Shown: positions 21,117 through 31,144, counted from the stretch's first letter. The stretch is 64,000 nt of DNA from Candidatus Bathyarchaeota archaeon (GCA_963806535.1 CAWDYC010000004.1:448001-512000); one strand, 5' to 3'. Made by a program: numbers and translations. Notes: generated from the letters alone by a model not told the origin.

Positions 21117-22218
21117 ATGGCACGGTTTTTAAAGTATGGCATAACAACTGGCGCAACCGCAGCTGCAGCATCCAAAGCCGCAGTAATAGCCATGCTTGAC
21201 AAGCCCGTTGACCGAGTAGTCATCCCAACGCCAATTGGCTTGCGTTTTGAAGTTCCTGTGAAATCCAGCAGAAAACTTTCCGCTGACACCGGCAGAAGCC
21301 ATTGCTGTTAAAGATGCTGGACAAGACATTGACGTCACAGATAAAATGGAAATAATCGCAACCGTGAAACTAACGGATGATGGCAAAGTCACCATCAAAA
21401 GCGGAGTAGGAGTTGGCAAAGTGACAAAGCTTGGTTTGCAAGTGCCCATTGGAGAAGGAGCAATTAATCCTGTTCCAAGAAGCATGATAACTGAAGCTGT
21501 GAAAGAGGTTTTGCCCGCTGGTAAGGGTGTTGAAGTAACAATTACTGCTCCTGAAGGAGCAAACATCGCCAAAAAAACCATGAATGCAAAACTAGGTATT
21601 CAAGGCGGCGTATCGATTTTGGGCACAACAGGCGTGGTAAAGCCTTTGTCATTGGAAGCATGCCGCCGTTCATTGGTTCCCCAAATTGACGTTGCCTTAG
21701 CCCGAGGCTACAAACGAATATTATTTGTACCAGGAAACATCGGCGAACGAATTGCCAAGCAACAGTTCAATGTACCTGAAGATGCGATCGTTCAAACTGG
21801 CGACTTCGTCGGTTACATGCTTGATAAAGCAGTTGAAAAAGGCGTAAAAGAAATCATTCTTCTTGGGCACTCTGGAAAACTGGTTAAGTTGGCAGCTAAA
21901 ATCTTCAACACTCACCACAAAGTCGGAGATGCACGCAACGAAGTTATCGCCTCTTACGCTGGCGCCGTGGGAGCCGACACAAAAACCATAAACGAGCTGT
22001 TAGCAGCAAACACTACTGATGAAGCCACTGAAATTCTTCGCCAAGCCAACTTGTTAGAGGCAACTTATGAGCGGATTGCCCAACGTGTTAACCAGCAGGT
22101 AAGCGATAGAGTGGAAAACAAAATTAAGATAAGTGTTGTTATTGTTGCGATGGATGGCAAAGTTCTTGGCATGGATGAGAATGCGAGGTGCAATAAACCT
22201 TGGCTAAAATTAACATAG
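21117..22218 (+). CDS. cbiD: Cobalt-precorrin-5B C1-methyltransferase (frameshift near 21291)
   Basis: [48 protein letters not shown]. Confidence 0.95.
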
Positions 22219-22874
22219 TCGGCGTTGGACCAGGTTCACCAGATTACGTTACGCCAGCCGCCAGAAAGACAGTTCAAAAAGCCAAAGTGGTCATAGGAGC
22301 ACAAAGAAGCCTAAATCTTTTCACCCAAGACATCAAAGGCGAAAAAATTGTTTTAACCGCAAAAAACCTTAACGACTCCCTCAAATATGCGGTTGAATCA
22401 GCAGAGAGAGGCCAAGAAGTAGCCTTGCTGTCTACGGGTGATCCAGGCTTTTCAGGGCTTCTCCACACATTTTTGGAAAGCGGCTTGGCCAAAGACCTCG
22501 AAGTCAACGTTATTCCAGGGGTTAGCTCAATTCAAGCTTGCGCCGCCAAACTAAACCTAAGCTGGGATAACGCATTATTACTAACTTATCATGAAGGCGA
22601 AGTTACTGAAGAAGAAAAACAGGTGTTAGATTTAGCCGTTAATGGCGGTGAGGACATTATTATTCTTCCAGACCCGAAAGCTTTCTCGCCCAAAGACATC
22701 GCCAGCTACCTCCTTAACAATGGCGCAGAAAAAGATTTACCTGTTTTTGTATGCGAAAACATAACGTTGCCCGACGAAAAGATTACTTCAACCACTTTAG
22801 AAAAGGTTTCAAAGCTAACTTTTGGGTCTTTATGCGTAATGGTTATCAAAGCAAATAGCGAAGTAAAAGGTTAA
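22200..22874 (+). CDS. cbiE: Cobalt-precorrin-7 C5-methyltransferase
   Basis: VGVGPG, STGDPGFSG, PGVSS, VCENITLPDE. Confidence 0.9.
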   Translation: MAKINIVGVGPGSPDYVTPAARKTVQKAKVVIGAQRSLNLFTQDIKGEKIVLTAKNLNDSLKYAVESAERGQEVALLSTGDPGFSGLLHTFLESGLAKDLEVNVIPGVSSIQACAAKLNLSWDNALLLTYHEGEVTEEEKQVLDLAVNGGEDIIILPDPKAFSPKDIASYLLNNGAEKDLPVFVCENITLPDEKITSTTLEKVSKLTFGSLCVMVIKANSEVKG

Positions 22875-22884
22875 GTTGACTATT

Positions 22885-23490
22885 ATGACAAGAATTTGGT
22901 CTTATAAAACACCAGGTGTACCCGACGAACTTTTTAATCAAAGTGATGCGGTGCCTGGACCGACAAAAGAGGAAATTAGAGTTATCACTATTTCTAAAGC
23001 ACGTTTAAACGAAGGCTCAATAGTAATTGATGTTGGATGTGGCACAGGCGGCTTGACTGTTGAAGCAGCGCTTCAAGTTGGAGTAAAAGGCAAGGTTTAC
23101 GCCATTGACGAGGATGAAGCAGCAATCAAGTTGACAAAGAGTAACGTTGAGAAATTCGGCAACCAAGTGAACGTTTCTGTTACACGCGGTAAAGCGCCAG
23201 AAGCGTTACTGAGCGTTCCAATGGCTGATGCCTTCTTGATTGGTGGTGGCGGCGTGTCATTGAGAGCGATATTGCAAACTGCTTTTTTTAAGTTAAAGCC
23301 GAATGGAAGAGTAGTCATAAACGCTATACTTTTGGAAACCGCAACTGTAGCTATAGCTGAACTAAAAGCGCTGGGCTTCAAAGATATCGATGTAGCACTT
23401 ATTTCTGTTGCGAAGGGAAAACAAATAAACAGCGGAACAATGATGATGGCAAGAAACCCAATAACAATAGTCTCAGCGACAAAACCTTAG
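22885..23490 (+). CDS. cbiT: Cobalt-precorrin-6B C15-methyltransferase (decarboxylating)
   Basis: PGVPDELF, PTKEEIR, DVGCGTGG, RVVINAILLET, ARNPI. Confidence 0.93.
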   Translation: MTRIWSYKTPGVPDELFNQSDAVPGPTKEEIRVITISKARLNEGSIVIDVGCGTGGLTVEAALQVGVKGKVYAIDEDEAAIKLTKSNVEKFGNQVNVSVTRGKAPEALLSVPMADAFLIGGGGVSLRAILQTAFFKLKPNGRVVINAILLETATVAIAELKALGFKDIDVALISVAKGKQINSGTMMMARNPITIVSATKP

Positions 23491-23501
23491 GTGAAAATTA
23501 T

Positions 23502-24272
23502 TTGGCTGGAACATTCATAGGCATCGGCGTGGGCCCTGGCGACCCTGAACTTATCACGGTAAAAGCAGTGAAAGCCCTCAAATCAGTAGACGTTCTCTGC
23601 GTTCCTAAATCTCATGCACGTAAACCAAGCATGGCTTTAAGAATGGTTAAGCAAATCTTGGCTGAACGTGAAAAGCCAGCGGAGATTCTTGAACTAGTTT
23701 TTCCCATGACTAAGAATGAGCTAAATAACAGGAAACTTTGGGTCGAAAACGCAGCGATAGTGGCTGCAAAAGCCAAAAAAGGCAACGTTGCATTCATCAC
23801 ACTTGGCGACCCAATGTTGTATAGCACTTTTCTGTATCTTTACGAATGCGTCAAAGAAACTTACCCAGAAATTGAGCTTGAAATCATACCGGGCGTAACC
23901 TCTGTTACAGCAGCTGCGGCAAGCTCTAAATTGCCTTTGGCAGAAAAAGAGGAAGTAGTTTCAATTATTCCATCCGACCTTACGCCAGAACGCATTGAAG
24001 ATACAGCTAAACACTGTGACAACTTGGTGTTCATGAAGTGTGCCCATCACATTAAGGAATTCGTTCCGATTCTGTTGAAGGCGGGCTTTACCGAAAACTC
24101 CACCGTCGCTTTGGTTAAGCGTTGTACTTTAGACGAAGAAAAAGTTCTCGTAGGCAAACTCAGCGATGTAGAAAGCTGGGATATACATGAAGATTATTTC
24201 TCTGTAGCTATCGTCAAAAAAAGCCAGGTTCCTATTCACTGGAAACAAAATGGAAATGGTGTTAAACCATGA
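23502..24272 (+). CDS. cbiL: Cobalt-factor II C20-methyltransferase
   Basis: GIGVGPGDPELITVKA, FPM, TLGDPMLYSTF, VFMK. Confidence 0.93.
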   Translation: MAGTFIGIGVGPGDPELITVKAVKALKSVDVLCVPKSHARKPSMALRMVKQILAEREKPAEILELVFPMTKNELNNRKLWVENAAIVAAKAKKGNVAFITLGDPMLYSTFLYLYECVKETYPEIELEIIPGVTSVTAAAASSKLPLAEKEEVVSIIPSDLTPERIEDTAKHCDNLVFMKCAHHIKEFVPILLKAGFTENSTVALVKRCTLDEEKVLVGKLSDVESWDIHEDYFSVAIVKKSQVPIHWKQNGNGVKP

Positions 24273-25030
24273 AAAAACTTGTTTTCATAGGCGCTGGACC
24301 CGGAGACCCAGAACTAATTACACTTAAAGGCAAAAGGTATCTCGAGCAAGCTGACGTTGTAATTTACGCCGGATCACTGCTAAATCCAGAGTATCTCAAA
24401 TATGCAAAGTCAAGCGCACAGCTTTATGACAGTGCCAAAATGAGTTTGCCCGAAGTTTTAAAAGTCATGGTTGAAGCCGTCAAGGCAGATAAGCTCGTGG
24501 CAAGAGTGCATGATGGCGACCCAAGTTTTTATGGCGCTATTCAAGAACAAATGGATGCTCTGGACAAAGAAAAAATTGAGTATTTTCGAGTTCCAGGTGT
24601 AAGCTGTTTGCAGGGCGGCGCAGGAGCACTCAACCGAGAATTAACATTGCCTAACATTTCCCAAACCGTTATTATAACTCGACCCGAAGGAAGAACTCCA
24701 GTGCCAGATGCAGAAAGCATCAGTAAGCTTGCTGCTCACCAGGCCACCATGGTAATTTTCCTGGGCACACCACATATTGCCCGTGTTGTTGAGGATCTTG
24801 TGAAGGGAGGTTACCCCAAAGAAACTCCTGCCGCAGTTGTGTATAAGGCAACGTGGCCACAGCAAAAAATCGTCAAAGGCACATTAACCGACATAGTTGC
24901 CAAAGTTAAAGCTGAAGGCATAACCGAAACAGCCCTGATTTTTGTAGGAAAAGTCCTCAACCCCGAAGCCTACGATTTATCCAAGCTGTATGATCCAAAA
25001 TTCACCACTGGATTCCGCAAAGGCGAATAG
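24269..25030 (+). CDS. cbiF: Cobalt-precorrin-4 C11-methyltransferase
   Basis: YAGSL, RVHDGDPSFYGAIQEQM, SQTVIITR, YKATWP, SKLY. Confidence 0.95.
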   Translation: MKKLVFIGAGPGDPELITLKGKRYLEQADVVIYAGSLLNPEYLKYAKSSAQLYDSAKMSLPEVLKVMVEAVKADKLVARVHDGDPSFYGAIQEQMDALDKEKIEYFRVPGVSCLQGGAGALNRELTLPNISQTVIITRPEGRTPVPDAESISKLAAHQATMVIFLGTPHIARVVEDLVKGGYPKETPAAVVYKATWPQQKIVKGTLTDIVAKVKAEGITETALIFVGKVLNPEAYDLSKLYDPKFTTGFRKGE

Positions 25031-25034
25031 CAAA

Positions 25035-26120
25035 ATGTATGAACGTGGAATAGCTGTCGTCGCAATCACAAGACGCGGCGTAGAAACTGGCCTAAAAATT
25101 AAAGAAACATTAGAATGTGCAGGCATAACTTCCACTGTTTATTCACCTAAGAAATACACTCAGCATGGCGTTGTTGCTTTAGACAAAAAATTAGCCGACT
25201 TCATCAAAGACACTTACAGCTTGGTGGACGGCTTAGTTGCAGTTATGGCGACAGGCATAATTATTCGTGCTGTTGCGCCTCATCTTGAAAACAAATTAAC
25301 CGACCCTGCAGTCATTGGCGTTGATGCCACGGGAAAATTTGTTATCAGCTTATTGTCTGGACATTATGGTGGCGCAAATGAATTAGCCAAAATAATTGCG
25401 AAAGGCATAGGTGGAACTGCTGTTATCACTACAGCCTCGGATTCTGTTGGCAAACAGAGCGTTGATGAACTTGCGAGAATTCTGCATTTGACTATTCAAA
25501 ACCCTGAAAGCCTTGTGTCTGTGAACGCAGCCATTGTCAACGGGGACCGATTAGTAGTTGTTCTAATTAGTGACGTTAAAATCCCAATTAACCAAATTGG
25601 CGGTTACGAGATGAAAGAGGCTGCGGATGGTGGACAAGCTTTAGAAATAATCAATAATTACGATGCTGGGGTAATAATTACAAAGGAGCCTTTGTCGATT
25701 GCAAAATTTGTTAAGCCTTTCACCATCTTGAGAGCTAAATCTGTAGTTGTGGGGTTAGGGGCAAGGAAAGATTCAAGCGAAGAGAGCATAATTGAAGCAG
25801 TCGACATTGCCCTAGAACGAGTTCACATTCCATTGGCAAGCGTTAATTGCTTCGCAACAGTTGATATTAAACGAAGTTCTGTAGCAATGGTCAAAGCAGC
25901 CGAGAATATGGGAAAGCCGCTTGAGTTTTTAAGCGTCGATGCACTTCGTTCTTTAAACCATAAGGATCTTTCACCTGATTCAAAGATGGTTCAGCAAAAA
26001 ATTGGTGTTGGAGGAGTATGCGAACGAGCAGCATTACTGGTAGCGGGAGAAAACTCGAAGTTAATACTGAAAAAAACCAAGTTAAACGGGGTAACAGTAG
26101 CCATAGCCGAGGGCGAATAA
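25035..26120 (+). CDS. cbiG: Cobalt-precorrin-5A hydrolase
   Basis: MATGIIIR, DPAV, LLSGHYGGAN, ITTASD, GVCERAA. Confidence 0.93.
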   Translation: MYERGIAVVAITRRGVETGLKIKETLECAGITSTVYSPKKYTQHGVVALDKKLADFIKDTYSLVDGLVAVMATGIIIRAVAPHLENKLTDPAVIGVDATGKFVISLLSGHYGGANELAKIIAKGIGGTAVITTASDSVGKQSVDELARILHLTIQNPESLVSVNAAIVNGDRLVVVLISDVKIPINQIGGYEMKEAADGGQALEIINNYDAGVIITKEPLSIAKFVKPFTILRAKSVVVGLGARKDSSEESIIEAVDIALERVHIPLASVNCFATVDIKRSSVAMVKAAENMGKPLEFLSVDALRSLNHKDLSPDSKMVQQKIGVGGVCERAALLVAGENSKLILKKTKLNGVTVAIAEGE

Positions 26121-26848
26121 GCGTAGTCGGCATTGGACCCGGCAGCCTTGAACATTTGACGCCTAAGGCACGAAGCGAAATCGAAAACGCTGACGTCCTA
26201 GTCGGCTATGGCACGTACGTTAAACTAATTCAATCCATCATCAAACCTGGTGCTGAAGTTGTTTCTGGAACCATGGGCAAAGAAGTTGAACGAGCAAAAA
26301 TCGCCGTTTCAAAAGCCAAAGAAGGACACAACGTTGTTATGGTTAGCAGCGGAGATCCAGGGGTTTATGGTATGGCTGGAATTGTTTTGGAAGTTGCTGC
26401 TCAAGAAAACGCGAATTTGCCGGTTGAAATTGTTCCAGGAGTGACAGCCGCAACGGCTGCCGCATCAAAGCTCGGTGCACCCTTAGTCAGCGATTTTGCT
26501 GTAATCAGCCTAAGTGACTTGTTGACTCCTTGGGAAAAGATAGAGCGCCGACTAGAAGCCGCCTCAGCCGCTGATTTCTCGATTGTGCTATATAATCCTA
26601 AGAGTGAAGGGCGCATTGAGCCTTTAATTAAGGCCTATGAGATAATGATAAAACATATGCGACCCGAAACGCCAGTGGGCATAGTTAGGCAAGCTGGACG
26701 CGCAGGCGAAGAAGTCATCGTTATTACACTCAAGGAATTGCTAAACGCTGAAATCGACATGATTACGACCATCATCGTAGGAAACTCAGCAACTAAAGTT
26801 GTTAAGGGCAAAATGATTACAGCGCGAGGCTACGATCTATTAAGATAA
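26117..26848 (+). CDS. cbiH: Cobalt-precorrin-3B C17-methyltransferase (start uncertain, possibly fused to cbiG)
   Basis: VVGIGPG, SSGDPGVYGMA, DFAVISLSDLLTPW, LYNPKS, TARGY. Confidence 0.93.
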   Translation: MSVVGIGPGSLEHLTPKARSEIENADVLVGYGTYVKLIQSIIKPGAEVVSGTMGKEVERAKIAVSKAKEGHNVVMVSSGDPGVYGMAGIVLEVAAQENANLPVEIVPGVTAATAAASKLGAPLVSDFAVISLSDLLTPWEKIERRLEAASAADFSIVLYNPKSEGRIEPLIKAYEIMIKHMRPETPVGIVRQAGRAGEEVIVITLKELLNAEIDMITTIIVGNSATKVVKGKMITARGYDLLR

Positions 26849-26875
26849 GTTAAACCTTGTTTGAGCTTATCTTAA
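26840..26875. terminator. Hairpin between the convergent cbiH and vapC stops
   Basis: TTAAGATAAG...CTTATCTTAA perfect 10-bp arms plus inner TTAAAC/GTTTGA. Confidence 0.55.
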
Positions 26876-27254
26876 GAGAACAGCTTCTTTCATATTCCTG
26901 AAGTGTTCGTCACCAGTCAGGATTTTTGATTGCAGTTTCCTTAGCTGTAGCTAGTACATAAGCGTCGGCTAGACCAAAATCTTTCAAGATTTTTCGCATT
27001 TCAAAATGTATCCGTCCAGCCTCAAAAGAAAGTTCTTCGTCCGCATGGATTATTCTTGAATTGTTGGTTAAAACTTCATAGGCGACTTTCACATATTTGC
27101 CTTTGCGTGCAGCTTTGCTTACTACTTCAGCGATTGTCAAAGCACAGGTGAATATTTCTTCGTTTCTTTCAATGAAGTCGTTGACTTTTCTTCCGAGTTC
27201 TGTTCCATCTAAATATTCGATCCACGCATAAGAATCAATGACAAGCCTACTCAT
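26867..27254 (-). CDS. vapC: VapC/PIN toxin (frameshift near 26940)
   Basis: VIDSYAWIEY, AEV, GLADAYVLA, then ILTGDEHF in the shifted frame. Confidence 0.88.
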
Positions 27255-27447
27255 GAGCTTTCAGCTCATCTTCAACCGTGAATGGGCCAATGCCTTTTAG
27301 GGCGCCGAAGCCGTCTATTCGGCATTTTTTAACTGTTATTTCGACATATTGGTTTTCTTTTATGTTTTGTGTTTCAACAATTTCTTTTGGCAAAGTTACA
27401 ACCAATGAGCCGCCTACTTTTCTTGTTTTAGTCAAGCATTTTACCAA
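27247..27447 (-). CDS. AbrB/MazE-family antitoxin
   Basis: RKVGGSLVVTLPKEI; overlaps the vapC start. Confidence 0.85.
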   Translation of the reverse strand: MVKCLTKTRKVGGSLVVTLPKEIVETQNIKENQYVEITVKKCRIDGFGALKGIGPFTVEDELKAHE

Positions 27448-27581
27448 GTGTAATCGCCACTAAATTAAATTATACACAAGTTATACTTAACAATTACTTT
27501 ACACATCCCCAAAAAACTTAAATGAAAAAAATAGGATCGGGCTGTTAAATAAAATATTTACTTATTGTTTGCTGTTTACCC

Positions 27582-28001
27582 CTAAATAGGGTATTCTATT
27601 AACCCACGATATTTAGAATTTTCAAGTTTTTTAACTAGCTTAAAGTCAAGAGTTAGTAATCGCATATCCAACTTATCTGCAAGGGAAAGAAAAGCGGCAT
27701 CATAAACAGCGATGTTAAACTCCAAAGCTAAACTCAAAGCATCAAAAATAACTTCTCCAAAACTATGAACACCAAAAAGATTCATTATTCCTGTTGCTTG
27801 CGTGAAAATCTTTTCAGCCTCTTTTTTGGTTAATGTGTTTGGTGTCTTGCATTTGATGGCGTTGGCTACTTCATAGTAGCTAAACTCTAAAATGTGACAA
27901 TATTCATGTTCAGATATTCTTTTTAGAGCCCAATTGGAATTGTCTTCGGGCATTACTAAAGCAACGATGACGGATGAATCTACAACTACTTCAGTGGCCA
28001 T
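27582..28001 (-). CDS. vapC: VapC/PIN toxin
   Basis: VVVDSS, YEVANA, AVYDAAF, LLTLD; ATG at 28001. Confidence 0.88.
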   Translation of the reverse strand: MATEVVVDSSVIVALVMPEDNSNWALKRISEHEYCHILEFSYYEVANAIKCKTPNTLTKKEAEKIFTQATGIMNLFGVHSFGEVIFDALSLALEFNIAVYDAAFLSLADKLDMRLLTLDFKLVKKLENSKYRGLIEYPI

Positions 28002-28224
28002 AATCGCGGTCTTCCCGGATAATATCAGCTGAAGAAGGGGTGTTGCCACTCTTTTTGTAGAGTTCATTTCTAAAACGAGTAGCCTCTGCAAGGGCTTGCT
28101 TAAGTTTTTTCTTTTTTACCATTTGTTCAAGATAAACCCTGACGTCTTCTGCATATTCTGGATTAAGCCGTTGAAGCTCCTTTTTTAGCTCTTTTGGAAC
28201 TCGGATTGCTATTACATCACTCAT
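27991..28224 (-). CDS. VapB/RHH-type antitoxin
   Basis: MSDVIAIRVPKELK...IIREDRD; overlaps the vapC start. Confidence 0.85.
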   Translation of the reverse strand: MSDVIAIRVPKELKKELQRLNPEYAEDVRVYLEQMVKKKKLKQALAEATRFRNELYKKSGNTPSSADIIREDRDYGH

Positions 28225-28236
28225 ACAAAACAATAA

Positions 28237-28277
28237 GTAAACAAATTATAAATATTTTTTGTAAACAAATTGTAAAC
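28237..28277. promoter_or_regulatory. Direct repeats GTAAACAAATT x2 (+GTAAAC) around the TA promoter
   Basis: 28237-28247, 28261-28271, 28272-28277; likely antitoxin operator (inference). Confidence 0.45.
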
Positions 28278-28300
28278 TTTACATTTCTAAACCGTTCAAA

Positions 28301-29149
28301 TCACTGTTTGTTGTTTGCTTCCAGTAGTTCCAGAATATCTTTTCTTGCTTCACCAATTGTCAAAGGAAATTGTTTGTCAGTCATAAGCTGGTTGCGTTTG
28401 CTTAAAATCTCAAACAGATGCGTAATTCTCGGCAGCCGCAAATCCACACTTCTAATCAATTCAGTATTTGCAAATACCTCTTGTGGCGGTGCCTGCATCA
28501 CAATCTGCCCCTTGTTCAGTATGCATATTTCATCGGCAAACAGTGGAACCAAATCGACGTCGTGAGTCGCTATTATCAGAGTTATGCCTAATTCTTGATT
28601 TAGCTGCATGAGTAGTTTGAGGACTTTACTTGACGTTTTAGGGTCAAGGTTGGACATCGGTTCATCCAATATTATTATTTCCGGCTTCATAGCCAATACA
28701 CCCGCGATTGAAGCGCGTCTCTTTTGCCCACCGCTCAAATTCGAAGGAGACTTATTCTCTAAACCCTTAAGCTCCGTTACTTCCAAAGCCCATTTTACCC
28801 GCTGTTCAATTTCAGCTTTAGGCAGTTTAAGATTCGTAGGTCCAAAAGCGACATCTAAGGCGACCGTTCGGGCGAAAAGCTGATCATCTGGATCTTGGAA
28901 AACCAACCCGACTTTTTGTCTTATCTCATCTAAGTTTTTCTTTGTTACTTCTTTGCCTAGAACATTGACTTTCCCGTTTGTCGGCAAGAGTAACCCGTTG
29001 AAGTGATGCAGCAGGGTTGATTTGCCTGCGCCGTTGGGTCCAAGGATAGCTATGTTTTTGCCTTTTTCCAAACTGAAGTTCATGTTTTCGATAGCTTTAG
29101 TGCCGTCTGGGTACGTGTGAGACAGATTGATTGTTTCTATTGCTTTCAT
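28301..29149 (-). CDS. cbiO: ECF cobalt transporter ATPase
   Basis: GPNGAGKST, FQDPDDQLF, LSGGQKRR, LDEP, ATHD. Confidence 0.92.
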   Translation of the reverse strand: MKAIETINLSHTYPDGTKAIENMNFSLEKGKNIAILGPNGAGKSTLLHHFNGLLLPTNGKVNVLGKEVTKKNLDEIRQKVGLVFQDPDDQLFARTVALDVAFGPTNLKLPKAEIEQRVKWALEVTELKGLENKSPSNLSGGQKRRASIAGVLAMKPEIIILDEPMSNLDPKTSSKVLKLLMQLNQELGITLIIATHDVDLVPLFADEICILNKGQIVMQAPPQEVFANTELIRSVDLRLPRITHLFEILSKRNQLMTDKQFPLTIGEARKDILELLEANNKQ

Positions 29150-29162
29150 TCTTTTTTCTCCA

Positions 29163-30092
29163 TTAAATGATATTAAAGTTTAGCAGGACTAGCGCTATCA
29201 TGGCTCCAATTACCAAGATGCATATGGCGATGTCTTTTTTCTTTAGTGGTTTTGTACTATAGCTGAACAAGCTGGATGAGCCAGTGTAGCCTCTGGAAAC
29301 CATAGCACTACCTACTTTTAAGGCTCTGTCAAACGATTTTACAAGGAGCATTCCGCCCACTGTGCCGTAGTTTCCTAGTTTTCTAAAAATGCTAACGGAT
29401 TTCGTGTAGCCACAGCGTGACTCCTGAGCCTTGTATATTCTTGTTCTCTCTTCTGAAACAACAGAGATGTAGCGCCACATAAGCATGGTAGTGTCCAAGA
29501 GAACGGAAGGCACACGGAACCAAGCTAATCCATCAAGCAATGTCTCCATCGGCGTCGCGGTTATGACTACGTTAAGAATAGATGTTGCAGCTAACACTCG
29601 GAAGAAGATGAGTGTGCCTAGAGAAATTCCTTCTTGATAAATGTGCCATGATAGGTAAGGGACTGTTGTGATCGTATGGGTGCCCGTGAAAATCTGGACT
29701 ACAAAGAACATTGCTGCGATGGATAGAGCGGCCAATAATCTTTCTAAGTAGCCTTTCAATGGTGATCTAGAGGTTAAAGCTAGAATTGCACAAAATACTA
29801 TTATTATGCTTAGAAATTCCAAATTCGTAAGCACTATAACAATGAATACAGAAAAGATGGCGCAAATCAACTTGACCCGTGCATCAAACCTTTGAAGAGG
29901 TGACTTACCAAAAGCTTGTTCAGCATATTGGTCTTGAAAGTGAGGCTGTTCTTGGTTGTCTTGAAGTTGTTCTTTTTGCAGTTTTCTACCGATTTGCCAA
30001 AGTTTTAGTTGGCGACCTACTATAAGAAATGTAAAGAATCCAACGGTCATGAGCATGCCGTTGACTGGGTCACCCTGTAGCCACTCAAACAT
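29163..30092 (-). CDS. cbiQ: ECF cobalt transporter T component with N-terminal extension
   Basis: DARVKL, RYI, AQESR, AMVSRGY; ATG at 30092. Confidence 0.9.
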   Translation of the reverse strand: MFEWLQGDPVNGMLMTVGFFTFLIVGRQLKLWQIGRKLQKEQLQDNQEQPHFQDQYAEQAFGKSPLQRFDARVKLICAIFSVFIVIVLTNLEFLSIIIVFCAILALTSRSPLKGYLERLLAALSIAAMFFVVQIFTGTHTITTVPYLSWHIYQEGISLGTLIFFRVLAATSILNVVITATPMETLLDGLAWFRVPSVLLDTTMLMWRYISVVSEERTRIYKAQESRCGYTKSVSIFRKLGNYGTVGGMLLVKSFDRALKVGSAMVSRGYTGSSSLFSYSTKPLKKKDIAICILVIGAMIALVLLNFNII

Positions 30093-31089
30093 CCGGTTTT
30101 GCCTCCTCCTTTCGACCATTGCGACCAAAAACCGTTGGTAACAGGTAGCCTACAAAGAATCCGCCAACACAGCCCCCGATCCCAAAAACGACATATTCGT
30201 CAACCATTGTGTAATGGGTAAGGTAACTGAACCCTCCTTTCGCGACGGCAGAGTCGGTGCCCCCCATTTTGCCGCCAAAAACGTTAACGCCAACATAAGT
30301 GCTGACCAACATTATTGCTAACATAATAATCATCGTTAGGAGCGCGTACTTGGTGAATTTGTCGATTTTATGTCTTCCATGATTTGAGGGTTTAACGTCA
30401 ACAGTTTTCGGTAAGTCGCTAACCATCGGAGAGTTCGTTGGGAAGCCTCTCCACCATTTGAGGATTTCAGGACGATGAACTTGGATATACTGAACGGCGG
30501 CTGCTGTGAATGCAAACTCTAAAATTGCAAGAGGTATTTGCGTGGGCAAGTACCCCAGCATATATATTTCCCAATGTTGAGGCACAGAGGTTGGATTCAG
30601 AGATAAGGCAAGTTGAAAAGCAGTTGTGGCATAGGTTGACAGATCGCCGATGAATCCTGCCAGACCAGCTGCAAGCCATATTGAAGCTCCTAACTTTCTT
30701 AAAAGAGAATAAATTCCAATGCCTACAAAACCTCCAACGACTCCGAGAGAGATGAGGTTGGCGCCAAGCGAGGTAATTCCGCCGTGGCCTAAGAATGCTT
30801 GGAAGAAGAGGACAATGCCGCTTATTGCCGCCGTTGCAAGGGGACCAATTACGATTGCTGCTAAAGCTGTTCCATTTGGGTGTGAACTCGACCCGGTTAC
30901 TGGGACAGGGATGTGCCAAACTGATATCACAAAGACTGCAGCGCCCATTAATGCAAGTATTGACATGTAGGCCGGGTTTTCTTTTCGGGTTTTTGAGATT
31001 TTCCAAGAGCCTATGCCTACGAAGATTATTGCTAAGGCATACCAAACAATGGTCCACTGAAGTGACAATATGCCGTCGCTGATGTGCAT
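30085..31089 (-). CDS. cbiM: ECF cobalt transporter S component fused to a CbiN-like domain
   Basis: MHISDG, PVTGSSSHPNG, HGGITSLGAN, TQIPLAILE; C-terminal GGTD..VGY module. Confidence 0.92.
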   Translation of the reverse strand: MHISDGILSLQWTIVWYALAIIFVGIGSWKISKTRKENPAYMSILALMGAAVFVISVWHIPVPVTGSSSHPNGTALAAIVIGPLATAAISGIVLFFQAFLGHGGITSLGANLISLGVVGGFVGIGIYSLLRKLGASIWLAAGLAGFIGDLSTYATTAFQLALSLNPTSVPQHWEIYMLGYLPTQIPLAILEFAFTAAAVQYIQVHRPEILKWWRGFPTNSPMVSDLPKTVDVKPSNHGRHKIDKFTKYALLTMIIMLAIMLVSTYVGVNVFGGKMGGTDSAVAKGGFSYLTHYTMVDEYVVFGIGGCVGGFFVGYLLPTVFGRNGRKEEAKPDV

Positions 31090-31144
31090 TTATTTCCCTC
31101 TGCCCGTTGGATAATTCATCCATCCATACTCTTATTAATCTATG

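Noticed and set aside
20553-21581. Long antisense ORFs (20553..21089, 21129..21581) and the alternate-frame ORF 30467..31123
   Set aside because: Shadows of well-supported cbi genes with no recognisable motifs
29021-29041. About 17-nt match with 55742-55758
   Set aside because: Both encode the GPNGAGK Walker A of ABC ATPases
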